From the NCBI GenBank assembly GCA_964555105.1, contig CAZKRC010000005.1, positions 1 through 36,574 of the forward strand: a DNA stretch of 36,574 nucleotides, read 5' to 3'. The DNA is from an uncultured Bifidobacterium sp. GTDB lineage: Bacteria > Fibrobacterota > Fibrobacteria > UBA11236. The position numbers and the translations under genes are program-made. The notes beneath the pieces were generated by a model, which saw only the letters and a program-made list of their open reading frames with translations, was not told where the DNA came from and ran no database searches. Position 1 is the stretch's first letter. Each line of letters begins with the position of its first letter. Below, in pieces: positions 7,772-16,025 of the stretch.

Positions 7772-7808
7772 GAATTAAGAATGGGGAGTGGGGAGTGGGA
7801 GTGGGGAG
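7761..7808. repeat. Heptamer tandem arrays (TTAAGAR)x3 followed by (TGGGGAG)x4
   Basis: ttaagag ttaagaa ttaagaa at 7761-7781 overlaps the hydrolase stop codon at 7769-7771. tggggag tggggag tgggag tggggag at 7782-7808 gives four G-tracts with 3-nt loops, which fits the G-quadruplex consensus. Confidence 0.9.
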
Positions 7809-7865
7809 CGGAAAGGCACGAGGTCGCAGAAGGCGAACGCGTCATTAGGAATGGATCGCAAGGAA

Positions 7866-7905
7866 CATCACAGCATCACAACATCACAGCATCACAACAT
7901 CACAG
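7866..7905. repeat. Octamer tandem array (CATCACAR)x5
   Basis: catcacag catcacaa catcacag catcacaa catcacag, read directly from the sequence. Confidence 0.9.
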
Positions 7906-8015
7906 CAATAGAACGCAGGGAGGTGTGAATTGTCTGTGCGTTGTGTCGTAAGGTCCAAGGCACTTGAACAAGCAAGGCACCTCAATATCCCATAAAGCCA
8001 GCATTCAGTATCTGT

Positions 8016-8095
8016 CTTTACTGCTTTACTGCTTTACTGCTGTACTGCTGTACTGCTGCACTGCTGCACTGCTGCACTGCTTTACTGCTGTGACG
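8016..8095. repeat. Octamer tandem array (CTKYACTG)x10
   Basis: ctttactg x3, ctgtactg x2, ctgcactg x3, ctttactg, ctgtgacg. The array ends 16 nt before the ftsE stop codon. Confidence 0.9.
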
Positions 8096-8110
8096 CCGTA
8101 ACGTCTTGTC

Positions 8111-8824
8111 TCACGTCTCCGCGTGCTCTCCCGGCCCCGTATACGTGCCCGGGATGTCCGTCAAGACGCCGCGGTCGAGGCACAGGCGGCGCACGGGCAG
8201 GTTGCCGGTAAGCAGTTCGTCGTGCGTGGCCATCAGGACCGCCACGCCCGCGAGGTGGATGTCGTGGAAGATGCGCAGGATCTCGACGGAGGTCTCGGAG
8301 TCGAGGTTTCCGGTGGGCTCGTCGGCGAGCACGATCTCGGGATCGTTGGCCATGGCGCGGGCGATGGCGGCACGTTGCTGTTCTCCCCCCGAGAGTTCGT
8401 GGGGGAAACGGCGCGCCTTCGCCGAGAGCCGTACCATGGTGAGCACTTCGTACACGCGGTGCTTGACGCGGGCTTCGGGGACGTTGGCGGCACGCAGGGC
8501 CAGCGCGACGTTCTCGAACACGGTGCGGTCGGGCAGCAGCTTGAAGTCCTGGAACACGATGCCCAGGCGGCGGCGCAGTTTCTGGATGCGCCCGCGGGAA
8601 GGGCGCTTGCCGGAGCGGTACTCTTCGCCGTCTCCGAACGCGATGCCGACCTCTCCGGTATCGGGGGCCTCGTCCATGTAGATCAACCGCAGGATGGTGC
8701 TTTTGCCGGCGCCGCTCGGGCCGGTGAGCAAGACGAACTCCCCGGGGTCGATGGAGAACGACGCCTTGTCGAGGGCGAGCCATCCGCCGTTGTAGACCTT
8801 GGTCACCTGGTCGAACGTGATCAT
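8111..8824 (-). CDS. ftsE: Cell-division ABC transporter ATP-binding protein FtsE
   Basis: MITFDQVTKVYNGG..., Walker A GPSGAGKST, signature LSGGEQQR, Walker B VLADEPTGNLD, H-loop ATHD, 237 aa. The ATG overlaps the stop of the upstream methyltransferase (ATGA at 8821-8824). Confidence 0.85.
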   Translation of the reverse strand: MITFDQVTKVYNGGWLALDKASFSIDPGEFVLLTGPSGAGKSTILRLIYMDEAPDTGEVGIAFGDGEEYRSGKRPSRGRIQKLRRRLGIVFQDFKLLPDRTVFENVALALRAANVPEARVKHRVYEVLTMVRLSAKARRFPHELSGGEQQRAAIARAMANDPEIVLADEPTGNLDSETSVEILRIFHDIHLAGVAVLMATHDELLTGNLPVRRLCLDRGVLTDIPGTYTGPGEHAET

Positions 8825-9774
8825 GCGCGCAATTTCGTTTTCGTGTGGTGCGGAACGGAGGCTTTCACGGCGGGCTTCTGCAGTACGAAGTGCAAACGCT
8901 CGTCGCGATTCGTCCCGGGACTCAAGGTAAAATCAGCAAGGCAGGCGCGCACGTCAAAACCGGCTTCGCGGGCGGTTTTTTTGAGGAAGGACGCGGGCCA
9001 GATGCGCTGGCGATGCACTTCTTCGGTGCGGAGGTAGCGGCCGTCATCCTCAAGCGTGAAGAACGTGAACAGGTTCAGTTGGGTGCGGGAGGCCGCATCG
9101 TAGCGGCTGGTGCGCACCACGGAGCCGGCGCCGGTTTCCTGGAAGTCGAGCGTGTCGGCGAACCAGCGGCGCGAACAGGTTTCGGTGGTGACGTCGAACA
9201 GGAAGATGCCGCCGGGGGTGAGGACGCGCCGGGCTTCGTCAAAGGCGCGCCGCACGGCCTCGGGTTGCGTGAGATAGTTCAGGCTGTCGTATACCATCAG
9301 GACCAGATCGAAGCCGCGTGTTCCCGGGCCGTGGTCGCTCCCGTCACCGTCCTCGCCGTCACGGAACGGGAGGCGGCGCGCATCGCAGGCGGCGCGATGC
9401 GGCGCGGCGGCGTCCTCCACGAGGTCGTGAGAGGCGCAGGCGAGCATCTCCGGGCTCAGGTCGGTGTGGACGGAGAAGACGCCGGGGAACAGGGGGTGGC
9501 GCGCCAGACGGCAGGTGCCCGCGGCGAGTTCGAGAATACGGGTGGGCGTCGGCCCCGGGGGCGTGGAGCGGGGCGCACGCACGGACGGCGTTCCCTTGCG
9601 TTGGGGAAATCCTTCCCCGGGAGCGTGCGCCAGTGTGTAGAGACGACGCAAATGCTGGGACCAGCCCGGGTAATCCACGTGCGCCATCACCGCATCGTAA
9701 TGCACGGCAAGCGACGCGTAGGGTGCGGACAGCAGGGGAGAGGCGTCGGGCGGCGCGTTTCCCCCGCGCTTCAT
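8821..9774 (-). CDS. Class I SAM-dependent methyltransferase
   Basis: Internal ATG at 9774 overlaps the surA-like stop (ATGA). Contains YDAVMAHVDYPGWSQHL and SAM motif ILELAAGTCRLA, then LVLMVYDSLNYL and LTPGGIFLFD. The Arg-rich 70-aa N-terminal extension of the track ORF (to 9984) is not credible. Confidence 0.75.
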   Translation of the reverse strand: MKRGGNAPPDASPLLSAPYASLAVHYDAVMAHVDYPGWSQHLRRLYTLAHAPGEGFPQRKGTPSVRAPRSTPPGPTPTRILELAAGTCRLARHPLFPGVFSVHTDLSPEMLACASHDLVEDAAAPHRAACDARRLPFRDGEDGDGSDHGPGTRGFDLVLMVYDSLNYLTQPEAVRRAFDEARRVLTPGGIFLFDVTTETCSRRWFADTLDFQETGAGSVVRTSRYDAASRTQLNLFTFFTLEDDGRYLRTEEVHRQRIWPASFLKKTAREAGFDVRACLADFTLSPGTNRDERLHFVLQKPAVKASVPHHTKTKLRA

Positions 9775-11279
9775 TCGGGCTCTCCGCCGGACTCGGGGGT
9801 GTCGTCGGCACCGTCGGAGGCGTCCGGTGTGTCGACGGGGCGTGGTTCGACAGCCTCGCCGTCTTCGTTGGGGTCGATGCCGGTGCTTCCGGAGCCACCG
9901 GCAAAAAGCGCGAGGCGGTTGCCGATATGCATCTGCTCGCGCCAGGTCTTGATGAGGCCGGCGATGCGCTCTCCGATCAGCCACTCGCGCGTGTACTGGC
10001 TGATCACGGTGTAGTCCTCCTCCAGCGTGAGGCGTCGTTCGCGGACCTTGTGGTCGAGACGGAAGATGTGCCAGCTGTCGCCGATCAGGATGGGGCCGCT
10101 CACGGCGCCTTCCTGCAGCGTGTCGACCACGGATTTGTACACGCCCGCGAGCGAGTCGCGGGAGAACCAGCCGAGGTCGCCGCCGAGATCGCGCGTCTTG
10201 CGGTCGTCGGAGTGGGTGCGCGCCGCGTTGGTGAAGGCCGCCTGCGTCGTGAGGGTACGGCCGAGGGAGTCGAGCCAGGTGCGCGCGCGCGCGCTGTCGG
10301 CGGCGGCGGGGGTCACCCGGGTGAGGATGTGCGAGGTGCGGATCTCGTTGTCGCGCTTGCCGGTGACGCGAATGAGGTGGTAGCCGAAACGCGTGCGCAC
10401 CGGGCGGCGCGTGTAGTCGCCGATGTCGAGGGCGAAGGCCGCGCGCTCGTAGTCGGCGTCGAGCGTGCCGCGCTTGGTGTAGCCGAGGTCGCCGCCCTCG
10501 CGACCGGAATAGTCGTCGGAGTGCAGGCGCGCCAGTTCGGCGAAGGCTTCGCCTTCGGTGAGGCGGCGGACGAGGGAGAGGGACTTTTCACGCGCTTCCG
10601 TTTCGATGCCGGCGTCCGCCTTGACGCGCCATTGCAGGTGCGAGAGGCGCGCCACGTCGCGTTGCACGGGCAGGCTGTCCTGGTACTTGTCGAAGAACTG
10701 GCGCACCTGCAACTGCGAAGGCTGCGGGTCGCCCACGTATTTCATCTGGATGCGTTGACGCAGGACGTTCTCGCGCACCTGCTCGCCCAGGCGGGCCTTG
10801 AACTGTCCCAGCGACATGCCGGTGGCCTGGCGCAGCGCGGCTTCGAGCTGACGCTCGCCGCCCTGCTGTTGCGCCACGCGGGCGTACATGTCGGCCACGC
10901 GCGCTTCCACCTCGCGGTCGGAAACGTTCAGGGTCGTGTCCTGCCGCGCCTTCTCGAGCAGGACCTTGTCGTCCACGATGCGGTCGAGCGCTTCCTCGCG
11001 CTGCGCGGCGACGCTGAGGGACGCGAAGCCGGGGCGTTGCTGCTGCATGGCCACGCGCAGCTCATCGATTTCCGAGAGCAGGATGGGGCTGCCGTTGACC
11101 ACGGCCGCGATGCCGTCCACAGGGGTGCGCGCGTGCGCGGCCGTGGCCGTCAACCCGGAGACCGCCAGCACCGCCGCGACGGCCAGAAGACGCGCCGTCA
11201 ACGACGGGAAGGCCGTCGCCATCCCCCCCCGCTTCATGTCGGTGGGAGACGGGGACTTCAACGAAATGTTCTGATGCAT
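9771..11279 (-). CDS. surA: SurA-like periplasmic chaperone / peptidyl-prolyl isomerase with two parvulin domains
   Basis: Signal peptide ARLLAVAAVLAVSGLTATAAHA. SurA_N-like LDRIVDDKVLLEKARQD. Parvulin signatures FGYHLIRV and SWHIFRLD. Acidic C-terminal tail. The start may be the MKRGG Met at 11237. Confidence 0.75.
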   Translation of the reverse strand: MHQNISLKSPSPTDMKRGGMATAFPSLTARLLAVAAVLAVSGLTATAAHARTPVDGIAAVVNGSPILLSEIDELRVAMQQQRPGFASLSVAAQREEALDRIVDDKVLLEKARQDTTLNVSDREVEARVADMYARVAQQQGGERQLEAALRQATGMSLGQFKARLGEQVRENVLRQRIQMKYVGDPQPSQLQVRQFFDKYQDSLPVQRDVARLSHLQWRVKADAGIETEAREKSLSLVRRLTEGEAFAELARLHSDDYSGREGGDLGYTKRGTLDADYERAAFALDIGDYTRRPVRTRFGYHLIRVTGKRDNEIRTSHILTRVTPAAADSARARTWLDSLGRTLTTQAAFTNAARTHSDDRKTRDLGGDLGWFSRDSLAGVYKSVVDTLQEGAVSGPILIGDSWHIFRLDHKVRERRLTLEEDYTVISQYTREWLIGERIAGLIKTWREQMHIGNRLALFAGGSGSTGIDPNEDGEAVEPRPVDTPDASDGADDTPESGGEPE

Positions 11280-11282
11280 GGG

Positions 11283-12260
11283 TTACTCTCCCGGCGGCAG
11301 CCGTTCCTCATCCGAAACGGTGTCGTTCCCGGCGTCATCCCTCAGGGGCGGCAGGGTACCGTCCTGTCCGGGGATCTGGTCGATGTTGAGATTGATGGTC
11401 ACGCCTTCCTTGTACTGGCGGATCTTCGACTGCCGCATCTTCTCCTTGTGTTGCATGGAGAGGCGGGCGGAGATGGAGGCGCGGACTTCGGGGAAGGGGA
11501 AGGGGGTGCCGGCCTCGATGCGCTCGAGCAGGCGGACGAGGTAGACGCCGTCGGGGCAGCTCACGGGATGCGAGAGCCATCCCGGGCGTGCGTCCAGCAC
11601 GTCGTGCAGGCAGGTGGGCACTTCGGAGGTTTTGCGGAACAGCGGGTCGAGGAATTCCGGTGCGGAGTCCAGCGAGTTTTTTTCCGCCAGCGCGGCGAAG
11701 TTGTTGCCGCGCACCTTGTTGCGCACCGCGAGCGCGTCCTTGAGCGTCGCGAGGCGGATGTGCATGTAGCGGTATTCGGGCGCCTTGCGGAGAAAGTCGC
11801 TTTTGTTGTTTTCGTAGTAGCGCATCAACGCGCCTTCGTCGGGTTCGACCTCGCCGCCGACGCCGACCTCGCGCGCGAGGAACTCCTCGATGATCATGCG
11901 GCGCTGCAGGCGTTGCAGCTTGCGCTTCATCTGCGGTTCCTGGTCCAGCTTGCGACTCAACGCCTGCTGGTACACCGCTTCATCGTCGATCCAGCGCTGG
12001 ATCACGTTCAGGTATTGTTCGCGTGGCAGGACTTTTTCGTATTCGGCGGGATAGCTCTCGCGCAATTCGTCCAGCGTGAAGGATGCGTCGTTCACTTCGG
12101 CGAGCACGACCGCGTTGGTGTCCTTTTGCTGGCACGCGGTCAGGGCGAGGGTCGCGAGACCAAGGGCACCGACGGCGGCAAGGCGCGGGAAGACCCGAAA
12201 ACGGGGAAAATTGGGGGGATTCACCGCAGGAATATACGTAATTGGGGGTGTCGCCACCAT
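11283..12260 (-). CDS. PpiC/PrsA-type peptidyl-prolyl isomerase lipoprotein
   Basis: ATG at 12260 (MVATPP...). Lipobox LALTAC. Contains YQQALSRKLDQEPQMKRKLQRLQRRMIIEEFL and a degenerate parvulin-like region. The upstream 199 codons of the track ORF overlap mfd and are Arg/Pro-rich junk. Confidence 0.65.
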   Translation of the reverse strand: MVATPPITYIPAVNPPNFPRFRVFPRLAAVGALGLATLALTACQQKDTNAVVLAEVNDASFTLDELRESYPAEYEKVLPREQYLNVIQRWIDDEAVYQQALSRKLDQEPQMKRKLQRLQRRMIIEEFLAREVGVGGEVEPDEGALMRYYENNKSDFLRKAPEYRYMHIRLATLKDALAVRNKVRGNNFAALAEKNSLDSAPEFLDPLFRKTSEVPTCLHDVLDARPGWLSHPVSCPDGVYLVRLLERIEAGTPFPFPEVRASISARLSMQHKEKMRQSKIRQYKEGVTINLNIDQIPGQDGTLPPLRDDAGNDTVSDEERLPPGE

Positions 12261-12310
12261 CGCGGGCCCTATGTTCCAAGGTGGTTCCAGGGAGTGGTTC
12301 CCGGGCGGTT

Positions 12311-15300
12311 TCAGGGTGCCGCGCCGCCGGATGCGCCTCCGGCCCCGGTCATTCCCGTGAGGACCTCCGTGGCCATGCGGGTCAAGGCGATCGGGTCCCC
12401 CCGGCGCGGCGGGTTCAGCGTGACGCTGAACTGCAGGGGTTCTCCGGAGGCCGTGAGGAAACGATACGGGAGCTTGACGCGGGAGGCCATGAGCGTGAGG
12501 TCCTCGCGTGCGGGCAAGTGCTCGTCCGAGAACGTGAGGACGAGGAGGTTCTCGCGCACTTCGGTTTTCCGCACGCCCAGCGTGCGGGAGGCGATGCGGG
12601 CCTCGACCGTCTGCAACAGCATGGCGGCCTCCTCGGGGAGCGCGCCGAAGCGGTCCTCGAGTTCGGCCCGTATGTCGGCGACATGGGCGGGTTCGGTGAG
12701 GCGCGCGATTTTCTGGTACAGCATGGTGCGCTGGGCCGGATCCTCGACGTACTCCTCGGGAAGGAAGGCGTCCGCGGGGAATTCGATCTCGGGATTGAGC
12801 GGCGGGCGGACGGTGGCGCCCTGCATCTCGAGCGTGGCGTCGCGCACCATGCGGCAATAGGTTTCGAAACCCACGGCGGCGATATGGCCGCTTTGCTCGT
12901 GGCCGAGAAGGTTGCCGGCGCCCCGGATCTCCAGGTCGCGCATGGCGATCTGGAAGCCGCTGCCGAGCTCGGTGAACTTCTCCAGCGCGTACAGCTTGCG
13001 CCGTGCGTCATCGGAGAACTTGTTGGCGTCGGGAGCGATCAGCAGGCAGTAGGCCTGGGCGGCGGAACGGCCGACGCGTCCGCGCAGCTGGTAGAGTTGG
13101 CTGAGGCCGAACAGCTCGGCGCGGTGCACGATGAGCGTGTTCGCGTTCGAGATGTCGATGCCCGATTCGATGATGGAGGTGCTGACCAGGATGTCGAACT
13201 CGCGGTGTACGAAGGCGGACATGACCCGCTCCAGCGCGCCCTCCTCCATCTGGCCGTGGGCCACGCCGATGCGGGCCTGGGGCACGAGGCCCTGTACGCG
13301 TTCGGCGATCTCCTGGATGTCCTGCACGCGGTTGTGGACGAAGAAGATCTGGCCGCCGCGCTCCAGTTCGGCCTCAAGGGCGCCGCGGATGACCTCGGGG
13401 TCCCAGAACACCACGCGGGTCTCGATGGGAAGGCGGTTGCGCGGCGGCGTCGCGATCAGGGAGAGGTCGCGCGCGCCGAGCAGGGAGAAGTGCAGGGTGC
13501 GCGGGATGGGCGTGGCGCTGAGCGCCAGCACGTCGACTTCGGCGCGCAGGTCCTTGAGCTTTTCCTTTTGCTTCACGCCGAACTTCTGCTCTTCGTCCAC
13601 GATGAGCAGGCCGAGGTCCTTGAACTTCACGTCCCGGGAGAGCAGGCGGTGCGTGCCCACGAGGATGTCCACCTCGCCGCGTTCCAGCGCGGCGAGGGTT
13701 TCCTTCTGCTCCGCGGGCGTGCGGAAACGGTGCAGGGATTCGACGCGGATGGGCCAGCCGGAGAAGCGTTCGCTGACGGTCTCGTAATGCTGCGCCGCCA
13801 GGATGGTGGTGGGCGCCAGCAGGGCCACCTGTTTTTTGTCCATCAGCGCCTTGAAGGCGGCGCGCAGGGCCACTTCGGTTTTGCCGAAGCCGACGTCGCC
13901 GCAGACGAGGCGGTCCATGGGGCGCAGCGACTCCATGTCTCCCTTGGTCTCCGCGATGGCCTTGGCTTGGTCGGGAGTGAGGTCGTATTCGAAGGCCTCC
14001 TCGAACTCCGCCTGCAAGGGAGTGTCGGGGGAGAAGGCGAAGCCTTGCGCCACCGAGCGGCGGGCGTAGAGCTCGATGAGCTCGCGCACGAGCATGACGA
14101 TGGCCTTGCGCGTTTTCTCCTTGGCGTTCTCCCAGGCCTTGCCGCCCAGTTTGGAGAGGACGGGTACCTTGCCCTCTTCGCTCGAGAACTTCTCGAGTTT
14201 GGCGAGGTCGGTGACGGGCAAGGTGAGTTTGTCCTTGCCTTGGTAGTCGAGCAGGATGCAGTCCACTTCGTGACCGGCACGTCCTCCCACCGGCATGCGC
14301 CGGATGCCCGCGAAGCGGCCGATGCCGTACGTTTCGTGCACGACGAAGTCGCCACGCCGGAGCGCGTCGAAGTCGGGGATGGCAACACCGCCGCCCCGGA
14401 ACTTGCGCTTGCGGGTGCGCCGCGTGACGCGGTTGAAGAGCTGGTGGTCGGTGAGCAGGGCGAGACCTTGCGAACGGTCGATGAACCCGGAGGCCAAGGT
14501 GCCCACCAGCACGCCCTCGATGCCGTACTTGCGGTACGACTCCGCCTGTTTGCCCAAACGCTCCGCCTGTGCGGGGTTCGGACACAACAGCCAGGTGCGG
14601 ATGCCCGCCGCCGACAGCTCCTTGAAGCGCGGCTCGGCGTCGGCCAGGCCGACGCCGTCGCGCGTTTGTGCGTCGACGTCGAACAGCGCGCTGCCGGGTC
14701 CCTCGAACGCGAGGCGCCCGATGAGGAGGGTGCGCCGGGCCTCCAGCAGCGCGTGCACCTCCGTCGCCGCCAGGAACAGCTGCTCCGGTTCATTGACCAC
14801 GCGGCCTTGGGCGCGCGCTTCTTCGTATCCCGCCCGGGCGGCCACGCGGTTTTTCTCCAGGGCCTTCGCGAGACCGTCGGTGTCGCCCACCACGACGCGG
14901 GCCTCGTTGCCCAGAAAGTCGAGCAGGGAGTGGTCGAGCTTCTTGAAGAACGCCTTTTGCCAGTGGATGCCCGCGAGATCGCGCTTGCCCGTGAGGCGAT
15001 GAAGCTCGGCCTCATAGCCGGTCTCGCCTCCGAGCGCGTCGAACTGCTCGAGCAGGCCGGCCGCGATCTCATCCGGGGTGTAGCAGCATTCGTCCTGCGG
15101 CAGCAGGGCGACGGATTCCACGGCGCGCAGCGAGCGCTGCGAGAAAATGTCGAACTCGCGGATGGTTTCGATGACGTCGCCGTCCAGCACGATGCGGTAC
15201 GGGTTGTCGGCCATGAAAGGGTAGATGTCGAGGATCTCGCCGCGCACGCTGAAATCGCCGATGTCCTGCACGGCGGGCTCTTCGCGGAAGCCCAGTGAAC

Positions 15301-15793
15301 CCACGGCTTCGCGGAACGCCGCCGGGTTCAGGTCATCGCCCGCCCGCAGGGTGACGACTTCGCGATGAAGGCTTTGCGGGCTCTGAAAGCGTTCGAGAAA
15401 GGCGGACACCGTGCTGACCACCACGGCGCGACGTCCCTTGTACAGCGCTTCGAAGGCTTCCAGGCGGAGTTCGCGTACCTGTCCGAACGGCTCGCGCCAC
15501 TCGTAGGGCTTGAGGTCAAGCCCGGGGAAGCGGAGGACGGACTCTTCGCCGAGCCACGATTCGAGGTCCTCGGCCATGGCCTCGGCGTCCTTCGCGTCGG
15601 CCGCGAGGTACAGGACGGGTGCGGCGGCGTTCCGGAACTGCGTGGCCACCAGGGCCGACGCGGCCGACCCCGCGAGGCCGGCGACATGCACGGGTTTCCC
15701 GGGTGCGGGATTCAGGGCGATGAAGTCGGGAAAGGCGCGGAGGTCGAGAAGCTCCGAAAGCGGCGGGATGGCAGGGATGGACGGAGAGGACAT
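12311..15793 (-). CDS. mfd: Transcription-repair coupling factor Mfd
   Basis: 1160 aa. Helicase motifs CGDVGFGKTEVA, LLIVDEEQKFGV, LALSATPIPRTL, QLYQLRGRVGRS, plus a C-terminal TRCF domain. ATG at 15793. Confidence 0.95.
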   Translation of the reverse strand: MSSPSIPAIPPLSELLDLRAFPDFIALNPAPGKPVHVAGLAGSAASALVATQFRNAAAPVLYLAADAKDAEAMAEDLESWLGEESVLRFPGLDLKPYEWREPFGQVRELRLEAFEALYKGRRAVVVSTVSAFLERFQSPQSLHREVVTLRAGDDLNPAAFREAVGSLGFREEPAVQDIGDFSVRGEILDIYPFMADNPYRIVLDGDVIETIREFDIFSQRSLRAVESVALLPQDECCYTPDEIAAGLLEQFDALGGETGYEAELHRLTGKRDLAGIHWQKAFFKKLDHSLLDFLGNEARVVVGDTDGLAKALEKNRVAARAGYEEARAQGRVVNEPEQLFLAATEVHALLEARRTLLIGRLAFEGPGSALFDVDAQTRDGVGLADAEPRFKELSAAGIRTWLLCPNPAQAERLGKQAESYRKYGIEGVLVGTLASGFIDRSQGLALLTDHQLFNRVTRRTRKRKFRGGGVAIPDFDALRRGDFVVHETYGIGRFAGIRRMPVGGRAGHEVDCILLDYQGKDKLTLPVTDLAKLEKFSSEEGKVPVLSKLGGKAWENAKEKTRKAIVMLVRELIELYARRSVAQGFAFSPDTPLQAEFEEAFEYDLTPDQAKAIAETKGDMESLRPMDRLVCGDVGFGKTEVALRAAFKALMDKKQVALLAPTTILAAQHYETVSERFSGWPIRVESLHRFRTPAEQKETLAALERGEVDILVGTHRLLSRDVKFKDLGLLIVDEEQKFGVKQKEKLKDLRAEVDVLALSATPIPRTLHFSLLGARDLSLIATPPRNRLPIETRVVFWDPEVIRGALEAELERGGQIFFVHNRVQDIQEIAERVQGLVPQARIGVAHGQMEEGALERVMSAFVHREFDILVSTSIIESGIDISNANTLIVHRAELFGLSQLYQLRGRVGRSAAQAYCLLIAPDANKFSDDARRKLYALEKFTELGSGFQIAMRDLEIRGAGNLLGHEQSGHIAAVGFETYCRMVRDATLEMQGATVRPPLNPEIEFPADAFLPEEYVEDPAQRTMLYQKIARLTEPAHVADIRAELEDRFGALPEEAAMLLQTVEARIASRTLGVRKTEVRENLLVLTFSDEHLPAREDLTLMASRVKLPYRFLTASGEPLQFSVTLNPPRRGDPIALTRMATEVLTGMTGAGGASGGAAP

Positions 15794-15810
15794 GGGGGGG
15801 AAAGGTAGAG

Positions 15811-16021
15811 ATTTAAGAATTTGGATTTAAGAATTAAGAATGGGGAGCAGAAGGCACGGGCACGAGGTCGCCATAGGCGAACGAGTCCTGGGGAGTAAAG
15901 GGAAAGCGCGCTGCCCTTCTCCTCTGCCCATGAGGGCTTATGGAGGCAGTTACACACTTTGTTTTACAGACCTTCCCTCTTCCGCGTTCCTTGTGTTCAG
16001 TTCTTAATTCTTAACTCTTAA
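15811..16021. repeat. Composite intergenic repeat element bounded by inverted TTAAGAA-type heptamer arrays; its left module is homologous to 7768-7843
   Basis: 15827-15847 ttaagaattaagaatggggag is identical to 7768-7788. 15859-15887 ggcacgaggtcgcCATaggcgaacgAgtc matches 7815-7843 at 25/29 positions. 16001-16021 ttcttaattcttaactcttaa is the exact reverse complement of 7761-7781. A 14-bp perfect inverted repeat lies at 15827-15840 / 16001-16014. Confidence 0.85.
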
Positions 16022-16025
16022 TTCC

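Noticed and set aside
7860-8095. Possible CRISPR array, because of regularly repeated short units.
   Set aside because: The repeat period is only 7-8 bp and the units are contiguous with no unique spacers. No cas genes or leader sequence are present. These are microsatellite-like tandem arrays.
7866-8095. The idea that the CATCACAG array and the CTGYACTG array form a long inverted repeat or hairpin, because CTGTGATG is the complement of CATCACAG.
   Set aside because: Unit-by-unit comparison shows two mismatches per 8-bp unit (ctgtGAtg versus ctgtACtg / ctgcACtg), so extended pairing would be poor. Only the final unit, ctgtgacg, approaches complementarity.
9318-15298. Very long plus-strand ORFs (9318..12860, 1180 aa; 12242..15298, 1018 aa) that could be taken for giant genes.
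   Set aside because: They run antisense to clearly recognisable minus-strand genes (surA-like, ppiC-like, mfd). Their translations are Arg/Ala/Gly/Pro-rich with no motifs. Long stop-free antisense frames are expected in ~70% GC coding DNA.
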